A DNA stretch of 64,000 bases from Candidatus Bathyarchaeota archaeon (GTDB lineage: Archaea > Thermoproteota > Bathyarchaeia > 40CM-2-53-6): contig CAVTBR010000001.1 in the NCBI GenBank assembly GCA_963733055.1, positions 576,001 to 640,000 on the forward strand. Direction: 5' to 3'. Below, in pieces: positions 29,721 to 39,386 of the stretch. The notes beneath the pieces were generated by a model that saw nothing but the letters and a program-made list of their open reading frames with translations, did not search any database and had not been told where the DNA came from. The translations under genes were made by a program, and so were the position numbers. Within the stretch, counting starts at the first letter, position 1. Every line of letters starts with the position of its first letter.

Positions 29721-31457
29721 TCATTCAAGGGTTGGAATAGGATGGTCGTAGGATAGGTTTTCGTTGAAGTATCTGTCCCTGTGGGAAATTATCTGTTGAT
29801 ATTGCGGGAATCCGTTCAATTTCACTTGCCGAGGGAGGTCATGCTCAAGCATAATTAGCTTGGCGTGAGGCGTGTAAACCACTCTGCGACCTATTCGTTG
29901 CTGTGAGAGACAATAGCCGATGTCAGCTGCGGTTTCGAGGTTGGTGTCAAAGCCTCCGAGCATACTGAACACTTCGCGAGGAGTGGCGAGACAGCAACCG
30001 GATACCGCGTTTAGGTCTCTGAACCATTCGGTGTGCCCCAGAGCGAGAGAAGACACTTCTCGCGCACCTCTGAAAAGATAGTCTGAAAGGCCAATGACAA
30101 TTCCTCCATGCAGTATCCTATGATTAGTTGTTAGGATCATGCATCCAACCGCCCCCACTCCGTTAATTGCAGCCCACCCGGTTAACTCTTCAAGCCAGCC
30201 TGCACTCGACACCTCCGTAAGCGAGTCAAGGAACACCAGCACCTTACCGGAAGCATTCTTCGCTCCTTCGTTGTAGGCCGCATACTGCTCAAAACGAGAA
30301 TGGAGGGGTACAGGCTGCACGTCACTAATATCAAGGTCCATCCGATCAGAAGTTACAACGATTATCTCAAAATTCTTGTAAGACGACTTACATTTGACCG
30401 AGTTGACGCAACGACGAATGGCGGTCTTTTGAGTACCCGTGATGATTACCGAAACCAGAGGACTGTCCGGAAGCTTCCATTTAACCCGTAAGGCGCCAGA
30501 TGCATGTCGCTGCGCTTTCCCATATACTTGATTCCGTTCAAGACACTGATCTACAACTCGCAGCTGCGCCGTTCTAGCGTACGGTTTTGCATGGAACCCG
30601 ACCGCCGAGACTGAAGATGGTGCCTCTCTCCAGTGATACAAGATCTTGGGTACGTGGGCAATTTTATCACTGTGCTCCGTGGCTCTGAGGAACAGATCCC
30701 AATCCTGCGCGCCGTCGGTTTCTGGCCTAAAACCTCCCAGGCTCTTCGTGAGTGTCGACCTGAGCACACAGAGATGTGCAAGATAATTTACTGAGAGCAT
30801 CATGTCAGGAGACCAATCAGGCTTGAAAAGAGGGTCAACTCGTTTTCCGTCGAACAACATGCGGTCCGAGTCAGAGTAGATGACAGCACTCTCAGCAATT
30901 CGGTTTAGGAGGGACACGACCTCGAATAGTGCGAAAGGAGCTAGTAGGTCGTCGTGATCAAGGAATGCAAGGAAATCGCCGCGAGCCAGATCCAGAGCCT
31001 TGTTCGAATTTGCGGAAATTCCAAGATTCCTCTCCAAGAATTCGATTCTCGTGTTCTCATTTTGCTTCGCAAATTCCCTAAGATAGTCTGTTACTTCTTT
31101 CCTTGAGCCTCCATCAACGATGCATAGTTCCCAGTTCTCATAGGTCTGCACGACAACAGATTTGAGCGTTTCAGCCAATAGATCGAGTGGAGGATTCCAA
31201 ACGGGAGTTATTATGCTAATCAGAGGACGATAGCTAAACTTCTTCGAAATAAGAGGTTGTTCTGCAAGGGCGGCATCAGACGGTTCGCTTCGCGCTATCC
31301 AACCAGCATAATCCCGAGCAGGCACAGATGGGCCGAGAACGTAAAACGCGCGCATTCGAATTTTCTCTAGTGCTTGTGAAGCTAGTGAACCAAGCCCTTC
31401 GTCTCTCGCAAGATCTAGGCTCCGTTGCACAATTTTCTTGAGTTCAAGCAACTCCAT
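29721..31457 (-). CDS. Dual-domain GT2 glycosyltransferase
   Basis: ISIITPVWNP, FLDHDD, FKPDWSPD, GAQDWD; degenerate second GT2 domain (FLDSLTEV); DRYFNENL tail. Confidence 0.88.
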   Translation of the reverse strand: MELLELKKIVQRSLDLARDEGLGSLASQALEKIRMRAFYVLGPSVPARDYAGWIARSEPSDAALAEQPLISKKFSYRPLISIITPVWNPPLDLLAETLKSVVVQTYENWELCIVDGGSRKEVTDYLREFAKQNENTRIEFLERNLGISANSNKALDLARGDFLAFLDHDDLLAPFALFEVVSLLNRIAESAVIYSDSDRMLFDGKRVDPLFKPDWSPDMMLSVNYLAHLCVLRSTLTKSLGGFRPETDGAQDWDLFLRATEHSDKIAHVPKILYHWREAPSSVSAVGFHAKPYARTAQLRVVDQCLERNQVYGKAQRHASGALRVKWKLPDSPLVSVIITGTQKTAIRRCVNSVKCKSSYKNFEIIVVTSDRMDLDISDVQPVPLHSRFEQYAAYNEGAKNASGKVLVFLDSLTEVSSAGWLEELTGWAAINGVGAVGCMILTTNHRILHGGIVIGLSDYLFRGAREVSSLALGHTEWFRDLNAVSGCCLATPREVFSMLGGFDTNLETAADIGYCLSQQRIGRRVVYTPHAKLIMLEHDLPRQVKLNGFPQYQQIISHRDRYFNENLSYDHPIPTLE

Positions 31458-31588
31458 TCACAACATTAACCATCGGCGGGGTATTTCGTTTCCAGCTACA
31501 GCGTTCGGGCTGACGGATCGACGAAACCTAACTCCTCCACATATCGGGTGTATCCAATGGATTGAAAACTCTAGTTTTCCGATTCTCA

Positions 31589-32350
31589 TCATGACTTAAC
31601 GGATGGAAAGTCGTCCCGCACGTCGGTGCGATACAGATCGGTCGTCTCTGAAGACGTACCGAAGGCCCTAGTCTCTCCGTTCAATAAGTAGAGGCCCTTC
31701 TCACAAAAATCTGTGACCAGCTTTAGACTGTGAGATACAAGCACAATTGTTTTGCCTTCCTTTTTGAATTGTCTGAATCTTTCCAGGCATTTCTCTTGAA
31801 ACTCCATGTCACCAACAGCTAACGCCTCATCGATCAGGAAAATGTCAGCCGCAGATTCGATTGCAATCGAAAATGCAAGCCTCACGTGCATCCCGGACGA
31901 AAGATGCTTGAGTTTCGTATCTTGGAATTTCTCCAATCCCGCGAATTGTATTATTGGCTCCTCGAGAAGTTTCATATCTGATCTAGACCTACCCATGATT
32001 ACGCCATAGACCTCGGCATTCTCTTTGACGGTCAAATCACCATGGAACCCCACACCCAACTCCAAAACTGCCGCAACTCTTCCGTTGCATCTTGCCACAC
32101 CTTTGTCGGGTCTCATAACACGGGCTAGCAGTTTTAACAAAGTACTTTTGCCGCTTCCATTCGGGCCGAACACTCCTAACGATTCGCCGTGGTTAAGGGT
32201 GAACCGAATATTCTTTAGCGCCCATAATTCTTCGTAACTTTTGCCTTCGGAAGCAGTAAGCAATCCAGCTGCATGTTCAAGAATTGTCATTTTTCTCTCA
32301 TGAGGGATCCGAAAGCGTTTCCAAACATCGTCAACCGCAATGACCGACAA
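31589..32350 (-). CDS. wzt: Polysaccharide ABC exporter ATP-binding protein
   Basis: Walker A GPNGSGKSTL, LSSGMHVRLAF, IDEALAVGD, VSH. Probable TTG start at 32350, just after wzm. Confidence 0.92.
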   Translation of the reverse strand: MSVIAVDDVWKRFRIPHERKMTILEHAAGLLTASEGKSYEELWALKNIRFTLNHGESLGVFGPNGSGKSTLLKLLARVMRPDKGVARCNGRVAAVLELGVGFHGDLTVKENAEVYGVIMGRSRSDMKLLEEPIIQFAGLEKFQDTKLKHLSSGMHVRLAFSIAIESAADIFLIDEALAVGDMEFQEKCLERFRQFKKEGKTIVLVSHSLKLVTDFCEKGLYLLNGETRAFGTSSETTDLYRTDVRDDFPSVKS

Positions 32351-32351
32351 T

Positions 32352-33116
32352 TCACAGTTCCTCCGCGAACGTAATCTGGAGATGCTGGAAAACAGCAAGG
32401 CCGACTAAGAGAATGAGCCCGGTTGCCGAAAGAATTAGAAAGAGATCGTATCCACTCGGAAGCTGTTGTTGGAGAAACAACCCCCTCGTAGCCTCAATGA
32501 GCCGTGTGATTGGGTTCAGTGAGTATAGAAATTTGTACCTAGACGGAACTGAACTTTCATCGTAGACGATTGGAGATAGAAAGAATCCGAGTTGTAATGC
32601 GATATCCCATATCTGGCTTACGTCCCTGTACTTGAGATTCAGAGATGCCAGAAGTAGCGATATACCGAAGATGAGGGCGAATTCCATAAGCACTATCAGA
32701 GGAAGGAAGAATGCGTGAATGTCTGGATGAACCCCGAGAAGGAAGAGAAGAGGAAGAAGCACGATGAACTCGATTGAGGATCCGAAAAGATTCGCCACGT
32801 TACTCGACAAAACGATCAATATTCGGGGAAGGTATACGCTTGAAACTAAGGAAGGATTGCCCACAATACTGTAGAGGCTCTGCGAGGTTGAAACTTGAAA
32901 AAACCTCCAAATCAAAAGTGCCATGAGAATGAACGAGGGAAAATTTGGAATATTAGAGCGTAAAAGCAGTGAAAAGACCACAGTCAAGATGACCATATAC
33001 GCCAGAGGATTAAGAAGCGACCAAAGGAAACCTAGAACAGAGTTTCTGTATCGAAGCTTGAAATCTTTCTTCGCTAACACGATTACGATGTCAAGGTAGC
33101 GCTGGAGTCCACTCAT
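32352..33116 (-). CDS. wzm: Polysaccharide ABC exporter permease
   Basis: DFKLRYRNSVLGFLWSLLNP, YRDV, SPIVY and LNP motifs. Confidence 0.93.
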   Translation of the reverse strand: MSGLQRYLDIVIVLAKKDFKLRYRNSVLGFLWSLLNPLAYMVILTVVFSLLLRSNIPNFPSFILMALLIWRFFQVSTSQSLYSIVGNPSLVSSVYLPRILIVLSSNVANLFGSSIEFIVLLPLLFLLGVHPDIHAFFLPLIVLMEFALIFGISLLLASLNLKYRDVSQIWDIALQLGFFLSPIVYDESSVPSRYKFLYSLNPITRLIEATRGLFLQQQLPSGYDLFLILSATGLILLVGLAVFQHLQITFAEEL

Positions 33117-33193
33117 TTCAAGTCGATCGATAGGAGAGAGAAAACGGTAAGATAACGATTACCTAACTATTTGGCTGTGGATAAGTTGAGGTT

Positions 33194-34276
33194 TCATCTC
33201 GCCAGAGACTGACTCTGTTCGAATAGGAGATCAAGCAACCTCCTAAGATGGATATGTTCCTGAGGTTGGTATCTTTTCAGCTCAGGGAACATCTGCAATA
33301 AGATTCCCTCTTCTGCTATCCATCTCGATCCTTGAGTATTCATCCGACTCTCGAGGGTGCTCCTAAGGTTACACAGATTCCATACAACACCCTTCACCAG
33401 GGCGGCGCTCTTACGTGGCTCCAATGGAACGAAACCTATAGTGAGCAGCAATGTGAAGAAAAAATAGTTCCGAAGAGCCCACCCAAGAGATGATCCACAG
33501 TTCTTGATTATTGCACGAAGCACGTTGCGGTGGGAGAGGTATAACTTCTCAGGGTCGAGGTCGCTTGTTTCTCTTGAGCCGGAAAAGTAATGCGCGACTT
33601 TTGCATTCGGTTCGTACGCAAGCTTGAAACCTCCCAATCGCAGTCTCCAAGAGAGATCAACATCTTCCACATAAGCAAAGAACTTTGAATCGAAGCCGCC
33701 TACGAGATCAAACCTGTTCTTCCGCACCAACATTGCCGCGCCGCAGACTGAAAAGGGAGTCATAGTCGGGTCATCGTATTGGCCGCGATCTCTTTCGTAT
33801 TTTCCTATGTCGACGAAACCTCGCCAGTATTTTATCCCCATTACCCCAACCGAATCAAGTATTCCGGGATCATTCATGGTCACAAGTTTGCAGCCGACAG
33901 CTGCTACATCCCAGTTCATTTCCAAACGCTGAATGAGGAGCTCGATCCAGTTTCGCGTCAGAATCAGCGTGTCGTTGTTTAGGAATAGAATGTATTCAGC
34001 ATCGACCTCTGCAACGGCGTGATTGTAGGCCTCGGCAAATCCCAGATTAGTTTGGAATGGTATCAATCGAACGGCTGGATATCTGATTCTCACAAAATCT
34101 TGTGACCCGTCTGTGCTTCCATTATCGATTACGTGGACAGTGAAGTTGGGATATGTTGATCGAATGACTGAGGGTAGGCATATTTTGAGCCAGTCGATTC
34201 CATTGAAATTTAGAATTAGAACAGCTACTGGCGGCATATGAGTCTCGGTTAATCGGGCTTTAGTAGTGTTGGCCAC
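33194..34276 (-). CDS. GT2 glycosyltransferase (rhamnosyltransferase-like)
   Basis: ILNFNG, DNGSTDGS, NLGFA, FLNND and GGFD..FFAYVEDVDLSWR motifs. Confidence 0.88.
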   Translation of the reverse strand: MANTTKARLTETHMPPVAVLILNFNGIDWLKICLPSVIRSTYPNFTVHVIDNGSTDGSQDFVRIRYPAVRLIPFQTNLGFAEAYNHAVAEVDAEYILFLNNDTLILTRNWIELLIQRLEMNWDVAAVGCKLVTMNDPGILDSVGVMGIKYWRGFVDIGKYERDRGQYDDPTMTPFSVCGAAMLVRKNRFDLVGGFDSKFFAYVEDVDLSWRLRLGGFKLAYEPNAKVAHYFSGSRETSDLDPEKLYLSHRNVLRAIIKNCGSSLGWALRNYFFFTLLLTIGFVPLEPRKSAALVKGVVWNLCNLRSTLESRMNTQGSRWIAEEGILLQMFPELKRYQPQEHIHLRRLLDLLFEQSQSLAR

Positions 34277-34341
34277 TAGTTATCCCCCTACGTTTATTTG
34301 AACGGGCTCTTGGTTGGACAGCGATATCGGGTGTGAATAGT

Positions 34342-35316
34342 CTATTGGGAAATAGCCACTCGCTCTCTGATCCACCCTAGCGTCATGGCTAAACCTTGTT
34401 CCAGGTTAACTTTTGGCCGGCAACCAGTCGCCAGAATCTTCGACACGTCAGGCACTCTTCGTTGCACATCGTAAGTATAGTTTGGCAAATGTTTCACCTG
34501 GAACGGCTCCTTACGTCCACATAACTTCCAGATCCTTTGAGCCAGGTCTAGCACGGACGTTTCTACGCCATTTCCGACATTGAAATCTGTGTTCTCGTAC
34601 CTCTCGGTCGTGTAGACGATGGCTTCGGCGAGGTCGTCGACATAGGTATAGCTTCTAGTCTGTTGTCCGGACCCGAGGATTTCAAGTGGATATTGACCTG
34701 ACAATGTTTTCCGTATTAAGTCGGGGATTACGTGCGCGTACCCTACGTAATCTCCGGCCATTTCCCCCGGCCCATAGGCGTTGAAGGGGCGCACTATGAG
34801 GAAGTTAACCCCATATTGCTCATGGTAGGTTCGCGCTATGTATTCTGCGACGAGTTTGGAGAAACCGTAACCGCTCATAGGCGGCGGTGTCATCTCAAGC
34901 GCTGTCTCGGGGGTGGGGAAGACTGTGGCTCGTTCGAAGACCATCGATGATGACAAGCAGACGACCTTTGTCTCAGTGCCTCTCGCTGCATCCCAGATGT
35001 TGAAATTCATTATTGAGTTGTCACGGAGGCTTTCGGCCGGTGTCTTGTGGAAGTATCCGATTCCCCCAATCCTCGCGGCTAAGTGGAAACAAATCTCAAT
35101 ATTCCTCATCACCCTCCCAGCCTCATGCGTGTCGAGGAGGTTTGCTGTTGTGAATTCGATTCTGCTCGATACTTCCTCGAGGTTCTTGGTTGCGCCTTTT
35201 GATAGATCGTCCGCAACAACCACGACAGCACCGAGATTGACGAGTTTGCTTACGAGCCTGTGTCCAATGAAACCGGCTCCGCCAGTGACGAGCACTCGCT
35301 TGCCGGTCCAGTTCAT
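34342..35316 (-). CDS. NAD-dependent nucleotide-sugar epimerase/dehydratase
   Basis: GGAGFIG, HLAA, YGFSK, RPFNAYGP and TRSYTYVDD motifs. Confidence 0.9.
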   Translation of the reverse strand: MNWTGKRVLVTGGAGFIGHRLVSKLVNLGAVVVVADDLSKGATKNLEEVSSRIEFTTANLLDTHEAGRVMRNIEICFHLAARIGGIGYFHKTPAESLRDNSIMNFNIWDAARGTETKVVCLSSSMVFERATVFPTPETALEMTPPPMSGYGFSKLVAEYIARTYHEQYGVNFLIVRPFNAYGPGEMAGDYVGYAHVIPDLIRKTLSGQYPLEILGSGQQTRSYTYVDDLAEAIVYTTERYENTDFNVGNGVETSVLDLAQRIWKLCGRKEPFQVKHLPNYTYDVQRRVPDVSKILATGCRPKVNLEQGLAMTLGWIRERVAISQ

Positions 35317-36593
35317 GCCTTTCCAAACCTCATGTATCGTGTCTGTTTGAAATCCGTGGGCTTATAGACTCCCCAAACGTCGTAGAATATCTTGCATCCC
35401 GATTCGTCTATTCTCCCGGCGATATTTCGGAATGCAGAATGGTTCGTTGCTAAGATTACCGCGTCCGGACTAGTCAGAGCTTTCTCAAGGTTTTCGGTGC
35501 CTTTCACATGCGGGTCATGAATTACTACCTCTGCTCCGTACGCCCTGAGTATATCGACAAGTTTCACGGATGGGGATAGACGCGTATCATCGCTGTCGGC
35601 TTTGAACGCGAGCCCAAGGACAGCGACTCGAACTTTGTAGAGCGGACCCAATTCCCGCATTAAGGATTGAACAACGTGCTGCGGAACACCTTCATTCAGC
35701 TTCCAAGCCGTAGAGATAATGCTGCTAAAGGTTGTATTGTTGTCAAGTAGAAAACCGTCCTTTCCGAGGCAAGGTCCTCCTGCAAACCCCGGCCCTGGAA
35801 TCTTCGATCGCTCATAACCGTCGTTAGCAACTCTCACTATTTCATGTGCGTCCTCCCCATATCTTTCAGACCATATGGCAAACTCGTTTGCAATAGCGAA
35901 ATTGACGTATCGGTAAATGTTGGTGAATAATTTAGCGAGTTCCGCGCCGGTTGGAGTAGTTGAGACAATTTTCTTCTTTGGATTGATTTTTCTAAATAGT
36001 TCGGATGCTATATCTGCACTAGCGGCGTCTGCTGCTCCGATGATTTCGGGCAGTTCGTAGAGTTCTCGGTGTGCGTTTCCTTCAAGGATTCTTTCGGGGC
36101 AAACGGCGAGCGCGAAATCTTTTCCAATTTGCAGCTTGGTCTCTTTCGCAAGCATTGGGCGAACGATGGTCTCCATTGTTCCTGGGACGCCAGTTGACCG
36201 GAGTAGTATGGCTTTGTTTCGTAGATCTGCCGCCAATACTTCATGAATTGCCATTTGGAGCTGAGTGTAATCGAGTTGATACTGCTCCCCGGTTGGAGTC
36301 CCAACAGTCAGAATTACCACGTCGGACTTCTGAATTGCCTCCTTGGCTGAACCTGAGACGGTTAACATTCCGCCGTCCACGACGCTTCTAAGCCAATCCT
36401 GAAGTGCTGGATAATGAAAGGGCATTTCCCCTTTCCTGATAGAGGACAGCCTCTGCTGATCAATGTCTACCCCTATGATTTTGATGCCCGATCGAGCTAA
36501 GACAATAGCTAGAGGTAGCCCCACTCTACCTAAACCGAGAACACTCGCTACCGCCGTCCCGTTACGTATCTTACTTGGAATATCGGTAAGCAT
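35313..36593 (-). CDS. Nucleotide-sugar dehydrogenase (UDP-N-acetylhexosamine dehydrogenase-like)
   Basis: GLGRVGLP, VGTP, CPERILEG, AELAKLFTN, GGPCL and GLAFKADSDDTR motifs. Confidence 0.9.
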   Translation of the reverse strand: MLTDIPSKIRNGTAVASVLGLGRVGLPLAIVLARSGIKIIGVDIDQQRLSSIRKGEMPFHYPALQDWLRSVVDGGMLTVSGSAKEAIQKSDVVILTVGTPTGEQYQLDYTQLQMAIHEVLAADLRNKAILLRSTGVPGTMETIVRPMLAKETKLQIGKDFALAVCPERILEGNAHRELYELPEIIGAADAASADIASELFRKINPKKKIVSTTPTGAELAKLFTNIYRYVNFAIANEFAIWSERYGEDAHEIVRVANDGYERSKIPGPGFAGGPCLGKDGFLLDNNTTFSSIISTAWKLNEGVPQHVVQSLMRELGPLYKVRVAVLGLAFKADSDDTRLSPSVKLVDILRAYGAEVVIHDPHVKGTENLEKALTSPDAVILATNHSAFRNIAGRIDESGCKIFYDVWGVYKPTDFKQTRYMRFGKA

Positions 36594-36690
36594 CCTTGCT
36601 AGCCTAACCCTTGATTCGAATTAGACCATATTCGCAATATAACCAATTTCTAATACTCGCTTCGAATCACAGAGGACGGACCTGGGGAGT

Positions 36691-37431
36691 TTGTTCGAAT
36701 CAGAAGCAGAAGGCCGCGGTAAACCTTTCCTCTCCGTAGTGGTACCGGCCTACAGAGAAGAAGAGTACGTAGAACAAACTCTGCGCGGAATCAAACATGC
36801 ATGCGATGATGCGAATATCTCAGCGGAAATCATCGTCGTCGTAGATGTGGTGCCAGGCGACAACACGGGGGAGTATGTCCGCCGGATCTCGGAGGGCCAT
36901 CCCGAAATCCGCGTTCACGAACGCTTGGGAAAGAGAGGAGTTGGCGACGCGGTTAGGACGGGAATTGAGATGGCTAGAGGAGAGGTACTCGTTGTTGCGA
37001 TGGGGGATCAAAGCGAGGACCCTGACGAGATCGTCACATTAGCCAAGAGTTGCATTGACTACGATATTGTCTTCACAAACAGGTTCAAGCACGGAAGACC
37101 ACATGATTATCCGTTCATCAAGTATGCGGCAAATCGTGCTTGCAATTATGCTGTGAAATGGTTTGCTGGAATTCCATACACAGATACCACAAACGCCTTC
37201 AAAGCATACAAACTTGAAACCCTAAAACGCATTCGGTTGACTTCCGAAGGATTCGAAATATTCCTCGAAATCCCCCTAAAAATCATGCAATGTCACGAGA
37301 TTAGAAGCCGAGAAATCGAAGCAAGCCATGCCGTGAGAAAAAAGAAGGCCGCAAAGCTCTCGGTTACAAAGGATGGCTACCGCTACCTACGCGTTCTCCT
37401 AACTTTGATTCGATCTCCCACGGAAAGTTGA
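36691..37431 (+). CDS. GT2 dolichol-phosphate sugar synthase-like (DPM1-like)
   Basis: SVVVPAYREE, GVGDAVRTG, MGDQS, DTTNAFKAY and GFEI..EI motifs. Confidence 0.8.
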   Translation: MFESEAEGRGKPFLSVVVPAYREEEYVEQTLRGIKHACDDANISAEIIVVVDVVPGDNTGEYVRRISEGHPEIRVHERLGKRGVGDAVRTGIEMARGEVLVVAMGDQSEDPDEIVTLAKSCIDYDIVFTNRFKHGRPHDYPFIKYAANRACNYAVKWFAGIPYTDTTNAFKAYKLETLKRIRLTSEGFEIFLEIPLKIMQCHEIRSREIEASHAVRKKKAAKLSVTKDGYRYLRVLLTLIRSPTES

Positions 37432-37580
37432 ATGGAGCAACGAAATCGCAGCCAACAATGTCAAACAAGATTAGTGCGAGAGGATCCCTATGCTGACAAA
37501 TTCTTCAAAGAGAGGTTTTTGGGAGCCTCGTCTAGTGATTATATACCCTGATTCTTGGTTATAGCAGTACGTGTTTTCTA

Positions 37581-38279
37581 GTGTCAGAAATGGTCAAAAC
37601 CGCAGTCATTCTTGCCGGTGGCGCATCTTTGCGATTAAGACCCTTGACAGAGGACAGGCCCAAAGCCATGCTTATTGTGTCTGGCAAACCGCTTTTGCAA
37701 TGGATCTTAGAATGGCTGAAACAGAATGGAATTTCCAATATTGTAATTGGAGTAGCTTACAAAAAGGATAAGATTATCGATTATTTCGGCAACGGCGAGA
37801 AATTCGGAGTCAAGATCAATTACAGCCATCACACGGTCGAGGGCGGCACAAGTGAAGGCTTTCGGCTTGCAATACAGAGACATATAACAGACGACACTTT
37901 CGCGGCTATGAACGGCGATGAACTAGTCGACATTAAGTTTCCCGAACTTGTGAAATTTCATCAAGAAAAAGGCGGCGTGGCAACCATTGCGATTGGCCCG
38001 CTACGAAGTCCTTACGGCGTTGTAGAGATTCAGGGCGATGACGTCACAGGTTTTCAGGAGAAACCGATCATCTATTCACATTATGTCAGCATCGGAACAT
38101 ACGTCTTTTCGCATGAAATTCTCGATTATCTTCCTAAGAAAGGAGACGTCGAACGCACATGTTTTCCAAAACTCGCCTCTCAGCACAAACTGAAAGCGTA
38201 CATTCACAGAGGCTTCTGGGCAACCATTAATACGCTGAAAGATCTCGAAGAAGTCGAGAACCAACTCGCACGAAGATGA
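37581..38279 (+). CDS. Sugar-phosphate nucleotidyltransferase
   Basis: AVILAGG..LRLRPLT..RPK, NGD, FQEKP motifs. Confidence 0.9.
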   Translation: MSEMVKTAVILAGGASLRLRPLTEDRPKAMLIVSGKPLLQWILEWLKQNGISNIVIGVAYKKDKIIDYFGNGEKFGVKINYSHHTVEGGTSEGFRLAIQRHITDDTFAAMNGDELVDIKFPELVKFHQEKGGVATIAIGPLRSPYGVVEIQGDDVTGFQEKPIIYSHYVSIGTYVFSHEILDYLPKKGDVERTCFPKLASQHKLKAYIHRGFWATINTLKDLEEVENQLARR

Positions 38280-38282
38280 ATC

Positions 38283-39239
38283 ATGTCAGTACTGATTACG
38301 GGTATTACAGGCTTTATCGGGTCAAACCTGGCGCCCAAACTGGTTCAGGAAGGATACTCCGTCTATGGACTTGTGCGTCATGTGTCTCGATCCGAGCTAC
38401 GTTCACTAGCATCATCGATGGATGAGATTCATTTCGTAGAAGGTGATCTTGCGGAATACCATTCTGTTCGAGCAGCAGTATCCTCGGTCCGACCCGAAGC
38501 CGTAATCCACCTCGGCGCAATGAGCCCAGTTCGACACAGCTTCGAGGATCCCTTTCCCTACGCAAGAATCAACTTTGAGGGAACGATGAACGTTGCACAC
38601 GCAGTGCTCGAAACCTCTCCCCGAACAAGAATAATCAGTGCGTCAACTGCAGAGGTTTATGGATGGCAACCGCCAAAGCCGATCCAAGAAGATTCAACAC
38701 TCCATCCCTCCTCGCCTTATGCGGTTTCGAAGGTCGCAGCGGATACATACTTGCAGATGACCACAAAAGTCTACGGACTCAAAGCAACCGTCATGCGATG
38801 CAACAACACCTACGGTCGACGGGGAGAGAAGGGATTTCTTGTAGAATATTTAATTGACACAATGCTCTCCAAGAAAACAGTCTATATCGGCGCGCCGGAA
38901 CATATTCGCGACTATATGTACGTTGATGACCACGTGAACGCATATGTTGAAGCGCTTAAGAACACGAAAGCCAATGGTCAAGTGTTCAACGTATCACCCG
39001 GTAATGCTACTAGCAATCTTGAACTTGCGAAAATGATTTCGAAGATTGTCGGATATCACGGGGAGATCGTAAATGGAAGCTACCCGCCCGGTTACCCCAT
39101 GCGCCCTTCCAACTGGGATACGAAGTATATTGTGCTAGATAGCGGAAGAATCAGGGAACAGATTGGCTGGACGCCCCAAGTTACACTAGAAATGGGTCTG
39201 CAGAAGACGGTTAACAGTTGGAAGAGCTCACCTCCTTGA
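38283..39239 (+). CDS. NDP-sugar 4,6-dehydratase/epimerase (GDP-mannose dehydratase-like)
   Basis: GITGFIG, STAEVYG, SPYAVSK and RDYMYVDD motifs. Confidence 0.88.
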   Translation: MSVLITGITGFIGSNLAPKLVQEGYSVYGLVRHVSRSELRSLASSMDEIHFVEGDLAEYHSVRAAVSSVRPEAVIHLGAMSPVRHSFEDPFPYARINFEGTMNVAHAVLETSPRTRIISASTAEVYGWQPPKPIQEDSTLHPSSPYAVSKVAADTYLQMTTKVYGLKATVMRCNNTYGRRGEKGFLVEYLIDTMLSKKTVYIGAPEHIRDYMYVDDHVNAYVEALKNTKANGQVFNVSPGNATSNLELAKMISKIVGYHGEIVNGSYPPGYPMRPSNWDTKYIVLDSGRIREQIGWTPQVTLEMGLQKTVNSWKSSPP

Positions 39240-39386
39240 AATACGTTGGAGCAGGGCTCCTGAAGGTGCAGCCAGCTCTTCGGTCCAATGCCTTGGATCA
39301 AAGCGATAAGAATACTGTTATCCTAAAAATCGGCAACCGACGATAGCTTCGAATGGATATGAAATCTGAAAGAACCTATCGCCTGA

